Shown here piece by piece: positions 21,770-33,276 of a stretch of DNA of 64,000 nucleotides. The notes under the pieces are model-generated. The model made no database searches and was not told where the DNA came from. It saw nothing but the letters and a program-made list of their open reading frames with translations. Each line of letters opens with the position of its first letter. Position 1 is the first letter of the stretch. Source of the DNA: an uncultured virus (IMG/VR IMGVR_UViG_3300020048_000034) (Duplodnaviria; Heunggongvirae; Uroviricota; Caudoviricetes); IMG/VR virus record IMGVR_UViG_3300020048_000034. One strand, given 5' to 3'. Position numbers and translations under genes: made by a program.

Positions 21770-22411
21770 ATGCAAATAGATCAATTAGCGGTGGAGATAA
21801 CAAGGAAGTGTAACATGAGATGCCCTCATTGTTTAAGGGGTGATGCCCAAAATATAAATATTGATCCATTCTTATTCGAAAAATTCATTTCGTTAAATGA
21901 GATCACATATATCGGAAGTTTACTTATTACAGGTGGAGAACCATTTTTAAATTATCCTGTAATGACTAAAATTTCTAAGTATCTAAAAAGGAATAAGATT
22001 AGATTAGGGGGTTTTTATCTTGCGACAAATGGAACAGTATTTGCCAATGACGCAGTAAAGCCTTTAATTATATTTAAGGAATTAGTTGATGAAGAAGAGA
22101 TGTTTACTATTTCCATTAGCAAGGATGAATTTCATGAAAATAAAATCCATCCTATCTGGTCATTGATAAACACTTCATTTAGGGAAACAAAAAGGGAACA
22201 TGTAATTGCGGAAGGGAATGGTAAAGATATAAATCCGGATGGAAGAACTATTAAGGACGATGAATGGGTATGGGATGAAGGAGATTTAATGGAAGGCATG
22301 GTTTATATAAATGCAAAAGGGATGGTATGCAAATCATGTGACTATTCGTATGACTCCCAAGAAAAACACAATATAGGTCATTGTTTAAGTAAGAGATTAA
22401 TTGATATGTAA
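21770..22411 (+). CDS. radical SAM protein
   Basis: CNMRCPHC (CxxxCxxC), TGGEPF, ATNG. Confidence 0.92.
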   Translation: MQIDQLAVEITRKCNMRCPHCLRGDAQNINIDPFLFEKFISLNEITYIGSLLITGGEPFLNYPVMTKISKYLKRNKIRLGGFYLATNGTVFANDAVKPLIIFKELVDEEEMFTISISKDEFHENKIHPIWSLINTSFRETKREHVIAEGNGKDINPDGRTIKDDEWVWDEGDLMEGMVYINAKGMVCKSCDYSYDSQEKHNIGHCLSKRLIDM

Positions 22412-22464
22412 ATAATATGGGTCTATTTCCTTTATACAAGGAATTTAGACCCATTTTTTTTGAT

Positions 22465-22493
22465 TTGACAAATTTGAAAATTTATGGTATAAT
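22465..22493 (+). promoter_or_regulatory. sigma70-type early promoter
   Basis: TTGACA-N17-TATAAT. Confidence 0.85.
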
Positions 22494-22551
22494 ATTAAAA
22501 ATTAGGAAATCGGCAAATTCATTAACTTTCAAAAAAAAAAGGAGATTGATT

Positions 22552-22995
22552 ATGCAAGAATCGGTAATATTTAACAACGAGTTCTTTCAGGGTGCAGTTC
22601 TTTTAGACAATGTAAATAATACTGCATGGTTTTTGGTTCCGGATGAACCGAAAAGATTGTATGGCTGTATTTACATGGGATCTGTCCAGTATTTGTCACA
22701 TGAAGAACGAGTTAAAATCATTCAGTCGGATGGGGAGGACTTTGACATTCTTCCTAAGAACTTCGATGGTCCTACATACAAAGAAGTTCATTCTACAAAA
22801 TACCTTTCACAATCCGAACTGGGGTTGACGCTCATTCGGGAATGGGATGGAAGCGTAGAAGTGGTTAAAGTGAAAAATGAGTCTATTATATATCCCGATG
22901 GAACAACTCATTTATGTTCTGAAAGATATATTGAACAAATGAAAAATGCTGTTTTCACTGAAATGAAAAAATCCCCTGAAAGCGGATACTGGTAA
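22552..22995 (+). CDS. hypothetical protein
   Basis: AAGGAG RBS before ATG 22552. Confidence 0.65.
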   Translation: MQESVIFNNEFFQGAVLLDNVNNTAWFLVPDEPKRLYGCIYMGSVQYLSHEERVKIIQSDGEDFDILPKNFDGPTYKEVHSTKYLSQSELGLTLIREWDGSVEVVKVKNESIIYPDGTTHLCSERYIEQMKNAVFTEMKKSPESGYW

Positions 22996-23065
22996 AGAAT
23001 AAGTCCTGGTCATGACTTTAAACTGACCATTTTTTATACCTAAATTTTAATAAAGGAGATAAAAT

Positions 23066-23500
23066 ATGGAAATAGAAAGAAAATGGGAAGTTGAAGGGGA
23101 TTACGATTTTTATATTTTTAACAAGAGATCTATAAAACAGGGATACATATTTATTCAACAAGGTGAAATGAGAGTTAGATCAATAGATGATTCTATCTTC
23201 TATCTTACAATAAAATCAGATGGAAATTTGTCTAGAGAGGAATTTGAAGTTGAAATTCCTAAATGGACATTTGATTTTCTTTGGCCTAAAACAGAAGGAA
23301 GGAGAATTGAAAAGATTAGAGGGGAAGTTATTGTAGAGGGAAGTAATTTTGAGATTGATATTTTTCAAGATAGAAATTTAGTTATCTTGGAAAAAGAGTT
23401 TGAGACAGAGGAAGAAGCTAATAAGCTAACATTGAATTTCTTGGATTTCGAGGATGTTACTTCAAATCCAAAATACAAAAATAAAAATCTTGCAAAATAA
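23066..23500 (+). CDS. CYTH-domain (triphosphate tunnel) protein
   Basis: MEIERKW (ExExK), IKQGY, RVR, LTIKS, R.E.E, IEKIR, EIDIF, E.EF, DVT....YKN. Confidence 0.9.
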   Translation: MEIERKWEVEGDYDFYIFNKRSIKQGYIFIQQGEMRVRSIDDSIFYLTIKSDGNLSREEFEVEIPKWTFDFLWPKTEGRRIEKIRGEVIVEGSNFEIDIFQDRNLVILEKEFETEEEANKLTLNFLDFEDVTSNPKYKNKNLAK

Positions 23501-23510
23501 AGGAGAGAAA

Positions 23511-24104
23511 ATGAAAAAGATGATCGTAATAACGGGTGGACCTTGTGCTGGAAAATCTACAATTATTGATAGATTGAAACAGGATTTCAACGCATATTAC
23601 TTCATCCCAGAAGTGGCTACTATGCTTCTTGAAAGCAAGGCTTACCCTATGCCTGACCCATGGACACAAGAATGGCAAGATGGATTTCAGGAAAAGATAG
23701 TTACCACTCAACTCCTTTTGGAAAAAACAACACTGAGTTTATCAGAGAACAAATTCATCATTCTGGACAGGGGAGTCCTTGATGGTGCGGCTTACATGGA
23801 AGGAGGAGTGAAGGAATTTTGCAACAGATTTAATCTCATCGAAAAAGAGGTATTGAATAGATATCATTCAGTGATTCATCTTGAATCTCTTTCAACAATG
23901 AGTCCAAAGATGTATGAAGAATTGCTAAAAACAAACGAACAAAGGTTTGAGACATTGGAACAAGCTCAACATCGAGAAAGGATGACACAAGAAGTATGGA
24001 AAAATCATCCAAAGAGATACCATGTTTCAAATGAGATAGAAATGTCATACAAAACTATTTGTTCCTTGATTCCAAATTTATTTTTTTGTCAAGCATTATA
24101 TTAA
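23511..24104 (+). CDS. P-loop NTPase/kinase, AAA_28 (NadR/Ttd14-like)
   Basis: ITGGPCAGKST, PEVAT, LDRGVLDGAAY, W..HP. Confidence 0.85.
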   Translation: MKKMIVITGGPCAGKSTIIDRLKQDFNAYYFIPEVATMLLESKAYPMPDPWTQEWQDGFQEKIVTTQLLLEKTTLSLSENKFIILDRGVLDGAAYMEGGVKEFCNRFNLIEKEVLNRYHSVIHLESLSTMSPKMYEELLKTNEQRFETLEQAQHRERMTQEVWKNHPKRYHVSNEIEMSYKTICSLIPNLFFCQALY

Positions 24105-24167
24105 ATAGTGGTACAATTTATCAGGAAATCGACAAATTTTTAATTTATAAAAATAAAGGAGATATGT

Positions 24168-27100
24168 ATGAAAAATATTAAATACAATGACGGATTATGT
24201 AATGGCGGAAGAAGACCTAGACTTTACTTAGTCAAGGGATACGAGTATCATAAATTTTGCGGGGATAATATTGAAGGAATTTGTGCTATTGCTTCCACGG
24301 AGTACAGAAAAAATGGGAAGTGGAGCAATACCAACTATGATATCACACTTGCTCCTGGTGTGAAAGATATTAGGTTTCTTTCCCCCTTACATGGTGTTTG
24401 GGGAAGTGAGTTTAAGAACTGGGGAGAGATGGCTTCTCAATTAGGAATAGCTGTTCAAACTATTCAAGAAATTATTAGAAAAGAATATCCAACTACTGCG
24501 AAACGGTTAGATGATCTTGAAAAGTTTGCTATGGATATTGAGAACTCAACTGGGGAACTCACTGAAACAGTTATTATCTCATTCGGTTCTCCTACAAATA
24601 GAGCGATCAGGGAAGGATATTGGTCAACACCTAAAGGAAATGTTACCTCTACTGGTATAAAAGAACCAATTTTAGTTGAACCTTCAAATGGTAAAATACT
24701 CACTTCTTATTCGACTCCTGGTCATCATGGAGGATACATAACTGTGGAAGTAGCTGTACCTATTTCATAAGGAGAGACTATGGAAACACTTACTATAGGA
24801 GATAGAGTTCGATTTATTCCGGCACAAGGTATTCCTATTGATGGAATAATTATCTCTATCATTGATACAGAGATAGTTATTGAAGCAGAGAATGGAGAAA
24901 CACGAAAAATTAAGAAATCGAAGTAATTTAAAAAAGGAGAGTAAAAATGCCTAAAATCAAGAAGTCACAATTTGTAACGGATATTAATTCTTTGGCAAAG
25001 ATGTATCTAAAAGAAAAATCATGGAAAAAGATCAAAGAAGTAGTACCCATTGAAATGTGGACTAGAGATGGGGAGGACATGACTGGAAAACGATTGAAAC
25101 AAAGGATACTTAGTAAAGTAGATGAAATTGTTGAGTTTCAAAATGAAGTATCATCAAAAGGTGATAACAGGGAAGAGTGTGGGATTTGATATGACTTTCA
25201 TGAGTCTTTTCAACATTGAGATGTTATTTGAAAATGACTTAAAAAATTCATCCTTCAAAAAGATTTACTCTACTATATATAATAACCTTGTTTGTTGTAG
25301 TTCATCCAAGGTTAAGGATAAATTTGATTACTTTAAAGAAAAATTCCCATCTTTTCTTGTAGATATTACCGATGAAGTGGATGGAAAACTTAAAAAATTG
25401 AAAAAATTAATTTGACAAATAACCAATTTTATGGTAAAATATCAAATACTGCCTACATTTGTGGGCAGTTTTGGATGTTTAACAATAAAATTTAAAGGAG
25501 ATATTATGATATTAAGAAATGAGACACTAGTTCTATACTATCGAACATTTACTGTAAAAATCACTTTTTATGGTAAAGAGTTTGATTCTTTCTCCAAGAA
25601 CTATTTGAAGGTGTACTACTTGGAAGAGGATATCACTAATATAGTATTTCCGTATGAGTTTGAACGGAAAAATATTGATCTCTTCAAGTTTTCTGAATTG
25701 AAGGAAAGACTGGATGAAATGTATAAGATGCCAGAGTACAGGGCATATACAAATTCATACCCTGATAAAACCCAGTCATGGCAATACGCTACTGATTTAG
25801 TTCCGCATAGATAAAGGAGCATACCTATGAAGTTTTCAAAAGAGGATTATCAAGAATTGTCGGACACTATCGACTCCTTTATTAAGGAAATCGGTGTGAC
25901 AGCAGTTAAAGAACACCGTAACCTTAAACTTGGTACTGATATTGAGAGAAGATTTAGGTGGGATCTTTTGTGGGGTTCTAAGTACATAGTTCCTTATGGT
26001 CAATATAATGATTCACATATTGACTCGGCATTAAAAAAATATGTGGCTTCCCGTCCTGATCTTATTGTATAAAGGAGGTATTATGTTCATTGTTGATACT
26101 ATTACTGACATTAGCACTCCCTTTGTTTGTACCGTTCGCCATGCGTGGTGTATTGAGTACAAAACAGCAAACACTCTCCATAGGGAGTATCGTGATTCGT
26201 ATGAGGGGATTATACACAGTAACAGACCATGACCGAAAACTTATTGAGATATTGAATGAGAAAATGGGTACATCCTTAACAGACTATGACTTTTCAAACT
26301 GGATGGAACCGTTTGAGGATTCAACGATTTTTAATGATACAGTTCAACAGTTCCTAGGGGAAGAATTTTATCATAAATTGGATGTTAAGGCCAGAGTAGT
26401 ATGTGGTCTTGCATGGAAACTTGGTATAGGAGCAAGCGTTGTAGGGGGAGTTGATTTTCAAAAACTGGAGGATTCTATTAAACACGAAAAAGACTACATC
26501 TATGTTCAAAAAAATCAATTTGGGATGAACTCCCATGTAATAACAATACAGTACTTAGAATACACTATCTCTATTTGTTGTGCTTTATCTTCTGGGACAA
26601 TTGACTTGTATGGAAGAACTGACTGTCGTGTTTATAAAGGAGATACGGATATAACTCATAAGTTTTACAAAGATGACAATGATACATTCTATGTTACCTT
26701 GAGTGATTTATGTTACATAAAACAGAAAATCGACTCATGGCAATGATAGCAAAAAGAGCATGTATTCTTGGTTGAATATGTGCTCTTTTTTAGTTATTTG
26801 ACAAATTAAATTTTTTATGATATAATATTTGAAAAACAAATTAACCATTTAAACAAAAAGGAGATATTATGTTGACAAAGATTCATCATCAAACGGCAAA
26901 ACGGATTCTTAGGGATCACAGCTATGTGTGTAATCCCGAATATACAACTCAACCCCTTTCGGTAAAAGAAGTTTATAATTCTTTGAAAAAAGGAGATCAA
27001 CACCTTCTCCGAACTGGGGCAGTAATTCTCCAAAACAAAGAAGGTATTTTTCTGTATGGTTACGCAATGGATAAGTCTGACGTAACCTCTCTTCTTAAAT

Positions 27101-28551
27101 AATATCTTTCTGTTAGGAAAATAAAATGATCATTGGTTTTTTCAATGATCATTTTCTTGTCAAAACAGGAAATCGACTATCTAACTAATAATAAAAAGGA
27201 GGCTTACAATGGAATACAAACTAGGAAAAATTTCTACAGAAGAAGCCAAAGGGATTAATGCAGAGTTTGTGAAGAATCAAAGACAAGAGAAGTTTTCTTC
27301 AGACTCTCAGTATATTTATAAAAACGCAATGGTTCTTTTTTCTGCAAGAATTGATAAGGCTAAAAAGAACCCTGAATTTTTTATCGGACGTATATCATAT
27401 ATAGGTACGGACATGCACGGAGAACAGAAAATACGTGCTATGACGGATCAATGGTCTGTTCGTATCAATAACTTTTTTCTTATCAAAGGGGCGGCTTATA
27501 TTAAGCCTGAAAAGAAGAAAATTGATATGAAATCTCTTGAGCCGATTAAAATAAAAATAGGCAAGAGAACGTACTCTGTTTACGAAGTTCAGACCAAAAG
27601 CGGCCTTGAGTACATCTTTGTAAACAAAAGATTTGACTTGGGTGATACAATCGAACTCACTTACAAAGGAAAAGAGTACGATTGCAATATCACAAAGATA
27701 CAGGTTTCTACATTCAAAGGAATAGAGTGTTGGAGATATAACTATGCCGCAGGTTTTTTGAAAGGATGGTTTTTGGATATTACTAAAAACGGTAAACCGC
27801 ATTTCTAAGAAAGGAGATACATTATGAAGATTGTAATTAAAAAACACGACATACTTACTTCCTATGCACGGATAATTTTCGGTGGAATCCTGGAAGGAGT
27901 TTATGTCTATTCCGGGAGTTATGATAATCCTCACGTTGAAGAAGATTTAGATGAGGAGATGACTGAGGTTTATACAGAGATGAGACAAGAGGGCTGTTTT
28001 ACAGAAATTAACACCGATATAATACTCCGATTTGTTAACGGAAATAATGTCTTTTTATCGGGTGAGGATGTGATAAATATGTTCTCTCGTATAGACGCAG
28101 AATTCACTGAATTGAAATAGACCTATTATATGAACCCGCTTGCTTGAAAAAGTAAGCGGGTTTTTTGGTCTTTTTTTTATCAGGAAATCGACTTGACAAA
28201 ACAGAATTTTTATGATAAAATTATTCATGGCAATTACGCCAATAACTACTCCAAAGGAGAATAAACATGATCAAAATTGATAACTGGAAATTAGTGTATT
28301 CTTATTATGGATCTTCATCTCCAACAGTACAGTCCTATAAGGAATATAGGATTTCATTATTAGGGGATGTAACAAATCACCCAAAGCTGGGAGCGGATAT
28401 TGTTATGACTTCCAGCATAGAGGAGGTTAGAGGAAGGATTGTTACAACAAAGTCTGGGTCTATTTACGTTCTTGGGAGAATAGATCCTGAGTATAAGAAG
28501 CAATTGAAAAAGTATAAACCAGGATGGGATTACAGGAATCCGATTCCTTAA
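24168..28551 (+). CDS. run of hypothetical early ORFs (24168, 24780 [48-aa SH3-like], 24947, 25192, 25506, 25827, 26083/26090 [probably frameshifted], 26869, 27209, 27824, 28267)
   Basis: AAGGAG RBSs; interleaved promoters and hairpins. Confidence 0.6.
25412..25440 (+). promoter_or_regulatory. sigma70-type early promoter
   Basis: TTGACA-N17-TAAAAT followed by a small GC hairpin. Confidence 0.75.
26798..26826 (+). promoter_or_regulatory. sigma70-type early promoter
   Basis: TTGACA-N17-TATAAT. Confidence 0.85.
28193..28221 (+). promoter_or_regulatory. sigma70-type early promoter abutting CAGGAAATCGAC
   Basis: Motif at 28181-28192 then TTGACA-N17-TAAAAT; upstream terminator at 28133-28166. 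Confidence 0.8.
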
Positions 28552-28615
28552 TATTGAGCCACTTGCTTTTTGGTTTTTTGAGCAAGTGGCTTTTTTTTGG
28601 TCTTTTTTCTATAAC

Positions 28616-28644
28616 TTGACAAAACCGATTATTTATGATAAAAT
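28616..28644 (+). promoter_or_regulatory. sigma70-type early promoter
   Basis: TTGACA-N17-TAAAAT; same GGCAATT..GCCAAT leader hairpin as the 28193 promoter. Confidence 0.8.
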
Positions 28645-28701
28645 AAATGAAATCGAAGTACGGCAATTCTGCCAATTTACTCTAAGAAGGAGAATAAACA
28701 A

Positions 28702-29205
28702 ATGACAAATTTTTATGAGATAAATGCTGGAACACTGTCTATTGAAAAATGTGATCGGATAGCTCTTGAGGATGGAGGTGTTGTCAAAAGCACTGGTTAT
28801 TCATACGCAATTCCCAAAGGTGGGGATGTGAACGAAGAATACAGTTCCAAAGTAACCAATACACAGGGAATGGGCAATCATGGGAAAATCATTCTTGTTG
28901 GAAAAACCCCAAGGGCAAGAAGGATGATTAGATTGGGAAAGATCAAGATTTTGGAAGATCAGGGAATTTCAAGACGAGTTGCATCCATGTGTGTTGTATG
29001 TTACTATGGAATGGAGATAGGAGTTGCAAAACTCGCACAGGAGTTGTGCGACAAGTGGTCTTACCTTCCGAAACGAGATTGGTTTCGAGGCCATAACGAC
29101 TTTGACGACTGGTGCAATCCAAGTGATTGCAATCTGACTTTTCCTAGAAAAGAGGCGGCATTCGCCATTGCTGAAAAGATCAATAATGGAAAGGAGGATA
29201 AATAA
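28702..29205 (+). CDS. hypothetical protein
   Basis: RBS; translationally coupled (TAATG) to the next gene. Confidence 0.65.
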   Translation: MTNFYEINAGTLSIEKCDRIALEDGGVVKSTGYSYAIPKGGDVNEEYSSKVTNTQGMGNHGKIILVGKTPRARRMIRLGKIKILEDQGISRRVASMCVVCYYGMEIGVAKLAQELCDKWSYLPKRDWFRGHNDFDDWCNPSDCNLTFPRKEAAFAIAEKINNGKEDK

Positions 29206-29528
29206 TGAGATATATCCTAAATAGCGCAGTTATAACAACTCCTGGTAGATATCAGTATGAGTTGATCTCCACTGAAAAATCTATCCAATGGCTTCAAAAT
29301 GGGTCTTTTCTTTCAACAATTGGGTATCAGGAAACGGCGGATGCTCTTTCCGCATTGACTGGTATCCAAATTGATGTAAACAGAAAGTCGATCCGAATGA
29401 AAACAGGAGATCAAGCTCTGGTTTTTCGGTTGACTGCCAGATTGAATGATCCATCTTTGAAGGGGATGATTTCGGATAAGGGATGGTTATTAACCAATAC
29501 GGAAATTGGTATTTTATATAAACTTTAA
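29205..29528 (+). CDS. DUF1874 / STIV B116 / AcrIII-1-like protein (His->Tyr at the GH position)
   Basis: YILNSA...STIGYQETA..LS.LTG..I..NR..I....GD.ALVFRL..RL matches the family pattern. Confidence 0.75.
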   Translation: MRYILNSAVITTPGRYQYELISTEKSIQWLQNGSFLSTIGYQETADALSALTGIQIDVNRKSIRMKTGDQALVFRLTARLNDPSLKGMISDKGWLLTNTEIGILYKL

Positions 29529-29572
29529 TTTGCAAAGCAATTATAGATAATGATCCTATTTGATATAATTGC

Positions 29573-29601
29573 TTGACAAAATATTAAAAGTATGATATAA
29601 T
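29573..29601 (+). promoter_or_regulatory. sigma70-type early promoter
   Basis: TTGACA-N17-TATAAT; CAGAAAACCGAC at 29617. Confidence 0.85.
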
Positions 29602-29652
29602 ATAGAAAAGATTTTTCAGAAAACCGACACTAATTAAAAAAGGAGGTTTATC

Positions 29653-31553
29653 ATGGCAAATCAGAAAGAGAATAAGTACGATGGTCATCCTTATGCTACA
29701 ATCACATGTCCCTTATGTGGTCATACTGACAATTGCTGGGATTGTTCGGTGAAGTGTACAAATGACTCCTCAGGTGAAGGGGCATTTACTTGTAATGGAT
29801 GCGGATGGCGTTATTCTTATCCAGAAGTACTGGAACTAGAATCCGATACGGAAGAAAAATTTATTGCCCTGAAACGAATGTCCTGCTACTTCGGGGATAA
29901 TAGTTCTTTTGATTATTTCTCCGAATTACTTCGAAATGCAGATATTGCAACTGATTCACTTGTTGTGTTTAAAGAGCCAGAAGGAAGGAGATATACACTT
30001 TTGGTATCAGATCTCCCCTATATGGGGAATAAATCTGCCGGACAAGATAAACTTATCGCCCTTTTGAAATAGGCTATTTAAGTGGGTTCTTACCGAGGAA
30101 AAGGACCCACTTGTGAAGTTTATTTCAATTAACATCTTTTTTAAATTATGCTATAACATAGAAATTTTTCAGAAAACCGACACTAATTAAAAAAGGAGAC
30201 TTATCATGACAAAAAATATCGAAACATCTTGGGTAAATTTGTACATTCATCCTTCCATCGCCGAATACATTAATATTTCAGGATTAGAAGGAAACGGTTA
30301 TTACAATGGCGAGGAGCCAATGTATTGTAGGGATCCTCAATGGAGAAAGGATCGGAATGAAGCCCTTTCCGGTTTTCGTGGCCTTGCCTCTATTTCAGTA
30401 GATGAGTACAGGTGTTGCAATGAGGATTGCAACAATGTTAAACATCAATTGAGAATAGAAGGGGTGGTTTCTGGAGTTGAAGATACTTCTTTACAGCATG
30501 TGGAAGCTCACTTGTATGCAAAGAGCTCCCTTAACACCCACTCTGATTGGAATGGAGATGAATTTCGGATTTTATCCTCATGGGGAAAGAGCTTAGTAGG
30601 GATAATTTCAGGAGAGTCGATTGTTACGAGGCATACGCCACCACCTCCTGGTTATCCAAACCACATCCGAACAGGTAACACGCTCAATACGTGGGCAAAA
30701 CCTGGTCCTGAGTTGATTTGCAATGTTATAGATGAACATGAATGCCCTCATTGTGTTCGTAGAAAACGGGCACAAGAAAATTTATCAATTTCAGAAGAAG
30801 AACTCTGGAAAAGGATTAAAGAAAAAGCCAGGTTAACAAAATTGGATGAAGATGATCCTATGTCCGAAACCCCTGAACAAGAATAAAGGAGGTAGTATGA
30901 AATTGTTTTTAGTAGCAAAGGAATTTTTTCCGTCCTTATTGGATCTGAAAGCCGCCTTAGATCTGATTAAGGAAGCCGGGGGAAGAGTGGCCGGTCTCGC
31001 ACCGTGGAATCTGGGATTCATCGTTGAGACAACTCCAGAAGTTGCCAAGGGTCTTGACCTGATATACTGGAATTAAATGCGAAACAGCATCCATAAATTA
31101 TGAGGGTTTATGGATGCTATTGGGCAGTTAATTCAATAATCTAAATAATGGAGGTGTACTATGGAAAAAACTATCGAGGTTCCTGAGTATTTGTTCAAAC
31201 TCCTTTGGACAAAGGCGGCTAATACCGCTATTCAGATGAATAATTATTCTGGTCTCGAACATCTGAATTTAAAGGATAATATCGAGGTTCCTGAGTATTT
31301 ATTTAAGCTCTTGTGGACAAAGGCGGCTAATGCCGCTATTCAGATGAATAATTATTCTGATCTCGAACATCTGAATCTTAAAGATAAAATTGATCTTGGT
31401 AATCTTGATTTGAATTATGCCATTAATCTCATCCCGTATATTGAAAATGCGGATACAGAGGAAGAAGTGGATGATTTTCTCACAAGACCGTTTTTGAATA
31501 ATAATGAGAAAAAAGAGCGGTATGTAGCTCAAATGGTCAAAAAGTATTCATGA
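29653..31553 (+). CDS. hypothetical ORFs 29653..30072 (Cys-rich), 30206..30886, 30897..31076, 31161..31553 (internal 108-bp duplication)
   Basis: RBSs; 29653 and 30206 share a ~40-bp leader. Confidence 0.65.
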
Positions 31554-31623
31554 AAATTTCATCCATTTTCCAGCCAGAAAATCGACACGAAAAATCACAT
31601 CCTGGCTGGAAAAACACTCCTAT

Positions 31624-31652
31624 TTGACAGTTTTTCAAATTCATGCTATAAT
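31624..31652 (+). promoter_or_regulatory. sigma70-type early promoter
   Basis: TTGACA-N17-TATAAT. Confidence 0.85.
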
Positions 31653-31724
31653 ATAGGAAACGGATGCCGTGGGAAATGGCTCTGTTTTTCATCAGGAAAT
31701 CGACACACAAAAAAGGAGGAAAAA

Positions 31725-31850
31725 ATGGTTTATTATTTTAGGGATGCTGACGAGAAAAAAGATGCAAGAAAATATGCTCTTATTTCCATTTCATCTGTTT
31801 CGGGGTTTTTTGTACTCTTTTCGTGTATTGTTCTTTTTCTCAATTTTTGA
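31725..31850 (+). CDS. 41-aa single-pass membrane protein
   Basis: AAGGAGG RBS; MVYYFRDADEKKDARKYALISISSVSGFFVLFSCIVLFLNF; not in ORF track. Confidence 0.6.
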   Translation: MVYYFRDADEKKDARKYALISISSVSGFFVLFSCIVLFLNF

Positions 31851-31906
31851 GAAAATCGACACGAAAAATGATAAAAAATCTTGAAAAAAGAGTATATTTA
31901 CCCGAC

Positions 31907-31935
31907 TTGACAAAACAATTTTTTTATGGTATAAT
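31907..31935 (+). promoter_or_regulatory. sigma70-type early promoter
   Basis: TTGACA-N17-TATAAT. Confidence 0.85.
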
Positions 31936-32008
31936 GAATCACGGCAGAAAAATGGTTTTTTGTCGTAACTTGTTAAAATGTTTTTATCTAAAATAAAGGA
32001 GCTTAACT

Positions 32009-32869
32009 ATGGAATTTTCAGAACTTAAAAAAGGGAAAAGAGTAGTAGTGAGTATGCAGGTTGAGGACAAAAAAGGGAAAGTGTCCACTGGGTACTATAC
32101 AGGGGAGATCAAAGGTCTTGATGAAACTGAGGAAACAGCCCTTGTCCTTTTGGACGAAATGGGGTCCAACGGAAAACCCCAAAAAGAGGATATACCAATG
32201 GACGATATTGTCGGCTTTGCTTCGGATGAAGTTTGTCCGAAAGAACTGACTGAAAAAGGTATGAAAAAGTATCTCCTGCCCGATGAGGACGAGGCAGAAG
32301 ATGTGTCTGAGTTGACTGACTCCGATGAAAAATCGGATGAAAAACCGGGGAAATCGACAGGCAAGGAAAAGCCCCCGGCAGACGAGGATGAGGACGCTGG
32401 GAATGGTCTTGACCTTTCTCAAGTACCGAAATATGCCCCCAAGAAGGCGAAAATAGGGGACAGGTTAGTAGTAGAATATTACTCCAAAGCTGGTATTCCG
32501 GATGGGTACTGGAAAGCCACAGTGGACGGGTTATATGATCCCCGTACAGACAAGAAGGGGAAGGAAAAACCCGGATTTGTCGGGATTTCCTGGGATTCTG
32601 GCGGTGACGGAGATGATTTCAAAGGGTGGATCCGGGAGGATCACATTATTGGACGGGCAACAGAAAAAGCGTTCAAGAAACGTATCCCACCCGCAAAATT
32701 GTTCCAGCACTTGGCGGACAAAGATGGCAAGCCGATGGAAGAGCCGCCAGCCAGTCCATTCAACAACAATAACAAAGAGCGTTTCGACAGTATCGACTCT
32801 CAGCTTGCAGCAATGACAGCTCAAATTGAGGCTCTGACCGCACTGGTCAAAAAACTCAAAAAAGCATAA
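32009..32869 (+). CDS. double Tudor/SH3-like domain protein with acidic linker and C-terminal coiled coil
   Basis: KKGKRVVV..YYTGEI...DIVG and KIGDRLVV..YWKATV...HIIGRA...IP..KL..HL; heptads at the C-terminus. Confidence 0.75.
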   Translation: MEFSELKKGKRVVVSMQVEDKKGKVSTGYYTGEIKGLDETEETALVLLDEMGSNGKPQKEDIPMDDIVGFASDEVCPKELTEKGMKKYLLPDEDEAEDVSELTDSDEKSDEKPGKSTGKEKPPADEDEDAGNGLDLSQVPKYAPKKAKIGDRLVVEYYSKAGIPDGYWKATVDGLYDPRTDKKGKEKPGFVGISWDSGGDGDDFKGWIREDHIIGRATEKAFKKRIPPAKLFQHLADKDGKPMEEPPASPFNNNNKERFDSIDSQLAAMTAQIEALTALVKKLKKA

Positions 32870-32884
32870 CTTTTCATAGAAAAA

Positions 32885-32915
32885 GACCCTGGCTTCGGCT
32901 GGGGTCTTTTTTTTT
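32885..32915 (+). terminator. cUUCGg-loop intrinsic terminator (copy 1 of 4)
   Basis: GACCCTGG-CTTCGG-CTGGGGTC plus T-run; near-identical copies at 33451, 34064, 34471. Confidence 0.9.
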
Positions 32916-33160
32916 GCTCAAATTTTTCAGGAAATCGACACACAAAATTTTCTCTTTTCCCACAGGAAATCGACACACAAAATTCCCTCTTTTCCCATAA
33001 AATATCCTCCATCTTTAAAAATCACCTCTTTTTCCACAGAAAATCGACATCCATTTTTCAAAAATGGTCTTGTATAGCATCTTTTTCTATTTCAAAAAAT
33101 TACCTCTTTTCACTTCAAAACAGGCATAAATCATGAAAAAAGAGGGAATTTTACCGTGAC

Positions 33161-33189
33161 TTGACATCTTTTTCAATTCGTGCTATAAT
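33161..33189 (+). promoter_or_regulatory. sigma70-type early promoter (near-identical to 33686)
   Basis: TTGACATCTTTTTCAATTCGTGCTATAAT. Confidence 0.85.
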
Positions 33190-33276
33190 GAAATCAAGGA
33201 AAAACGAGTTTTTTGCATGGGCAAAAAGTGACTCTTTTTCCGACAGGAAATCGACAATATAAAAGGAGATATTACT

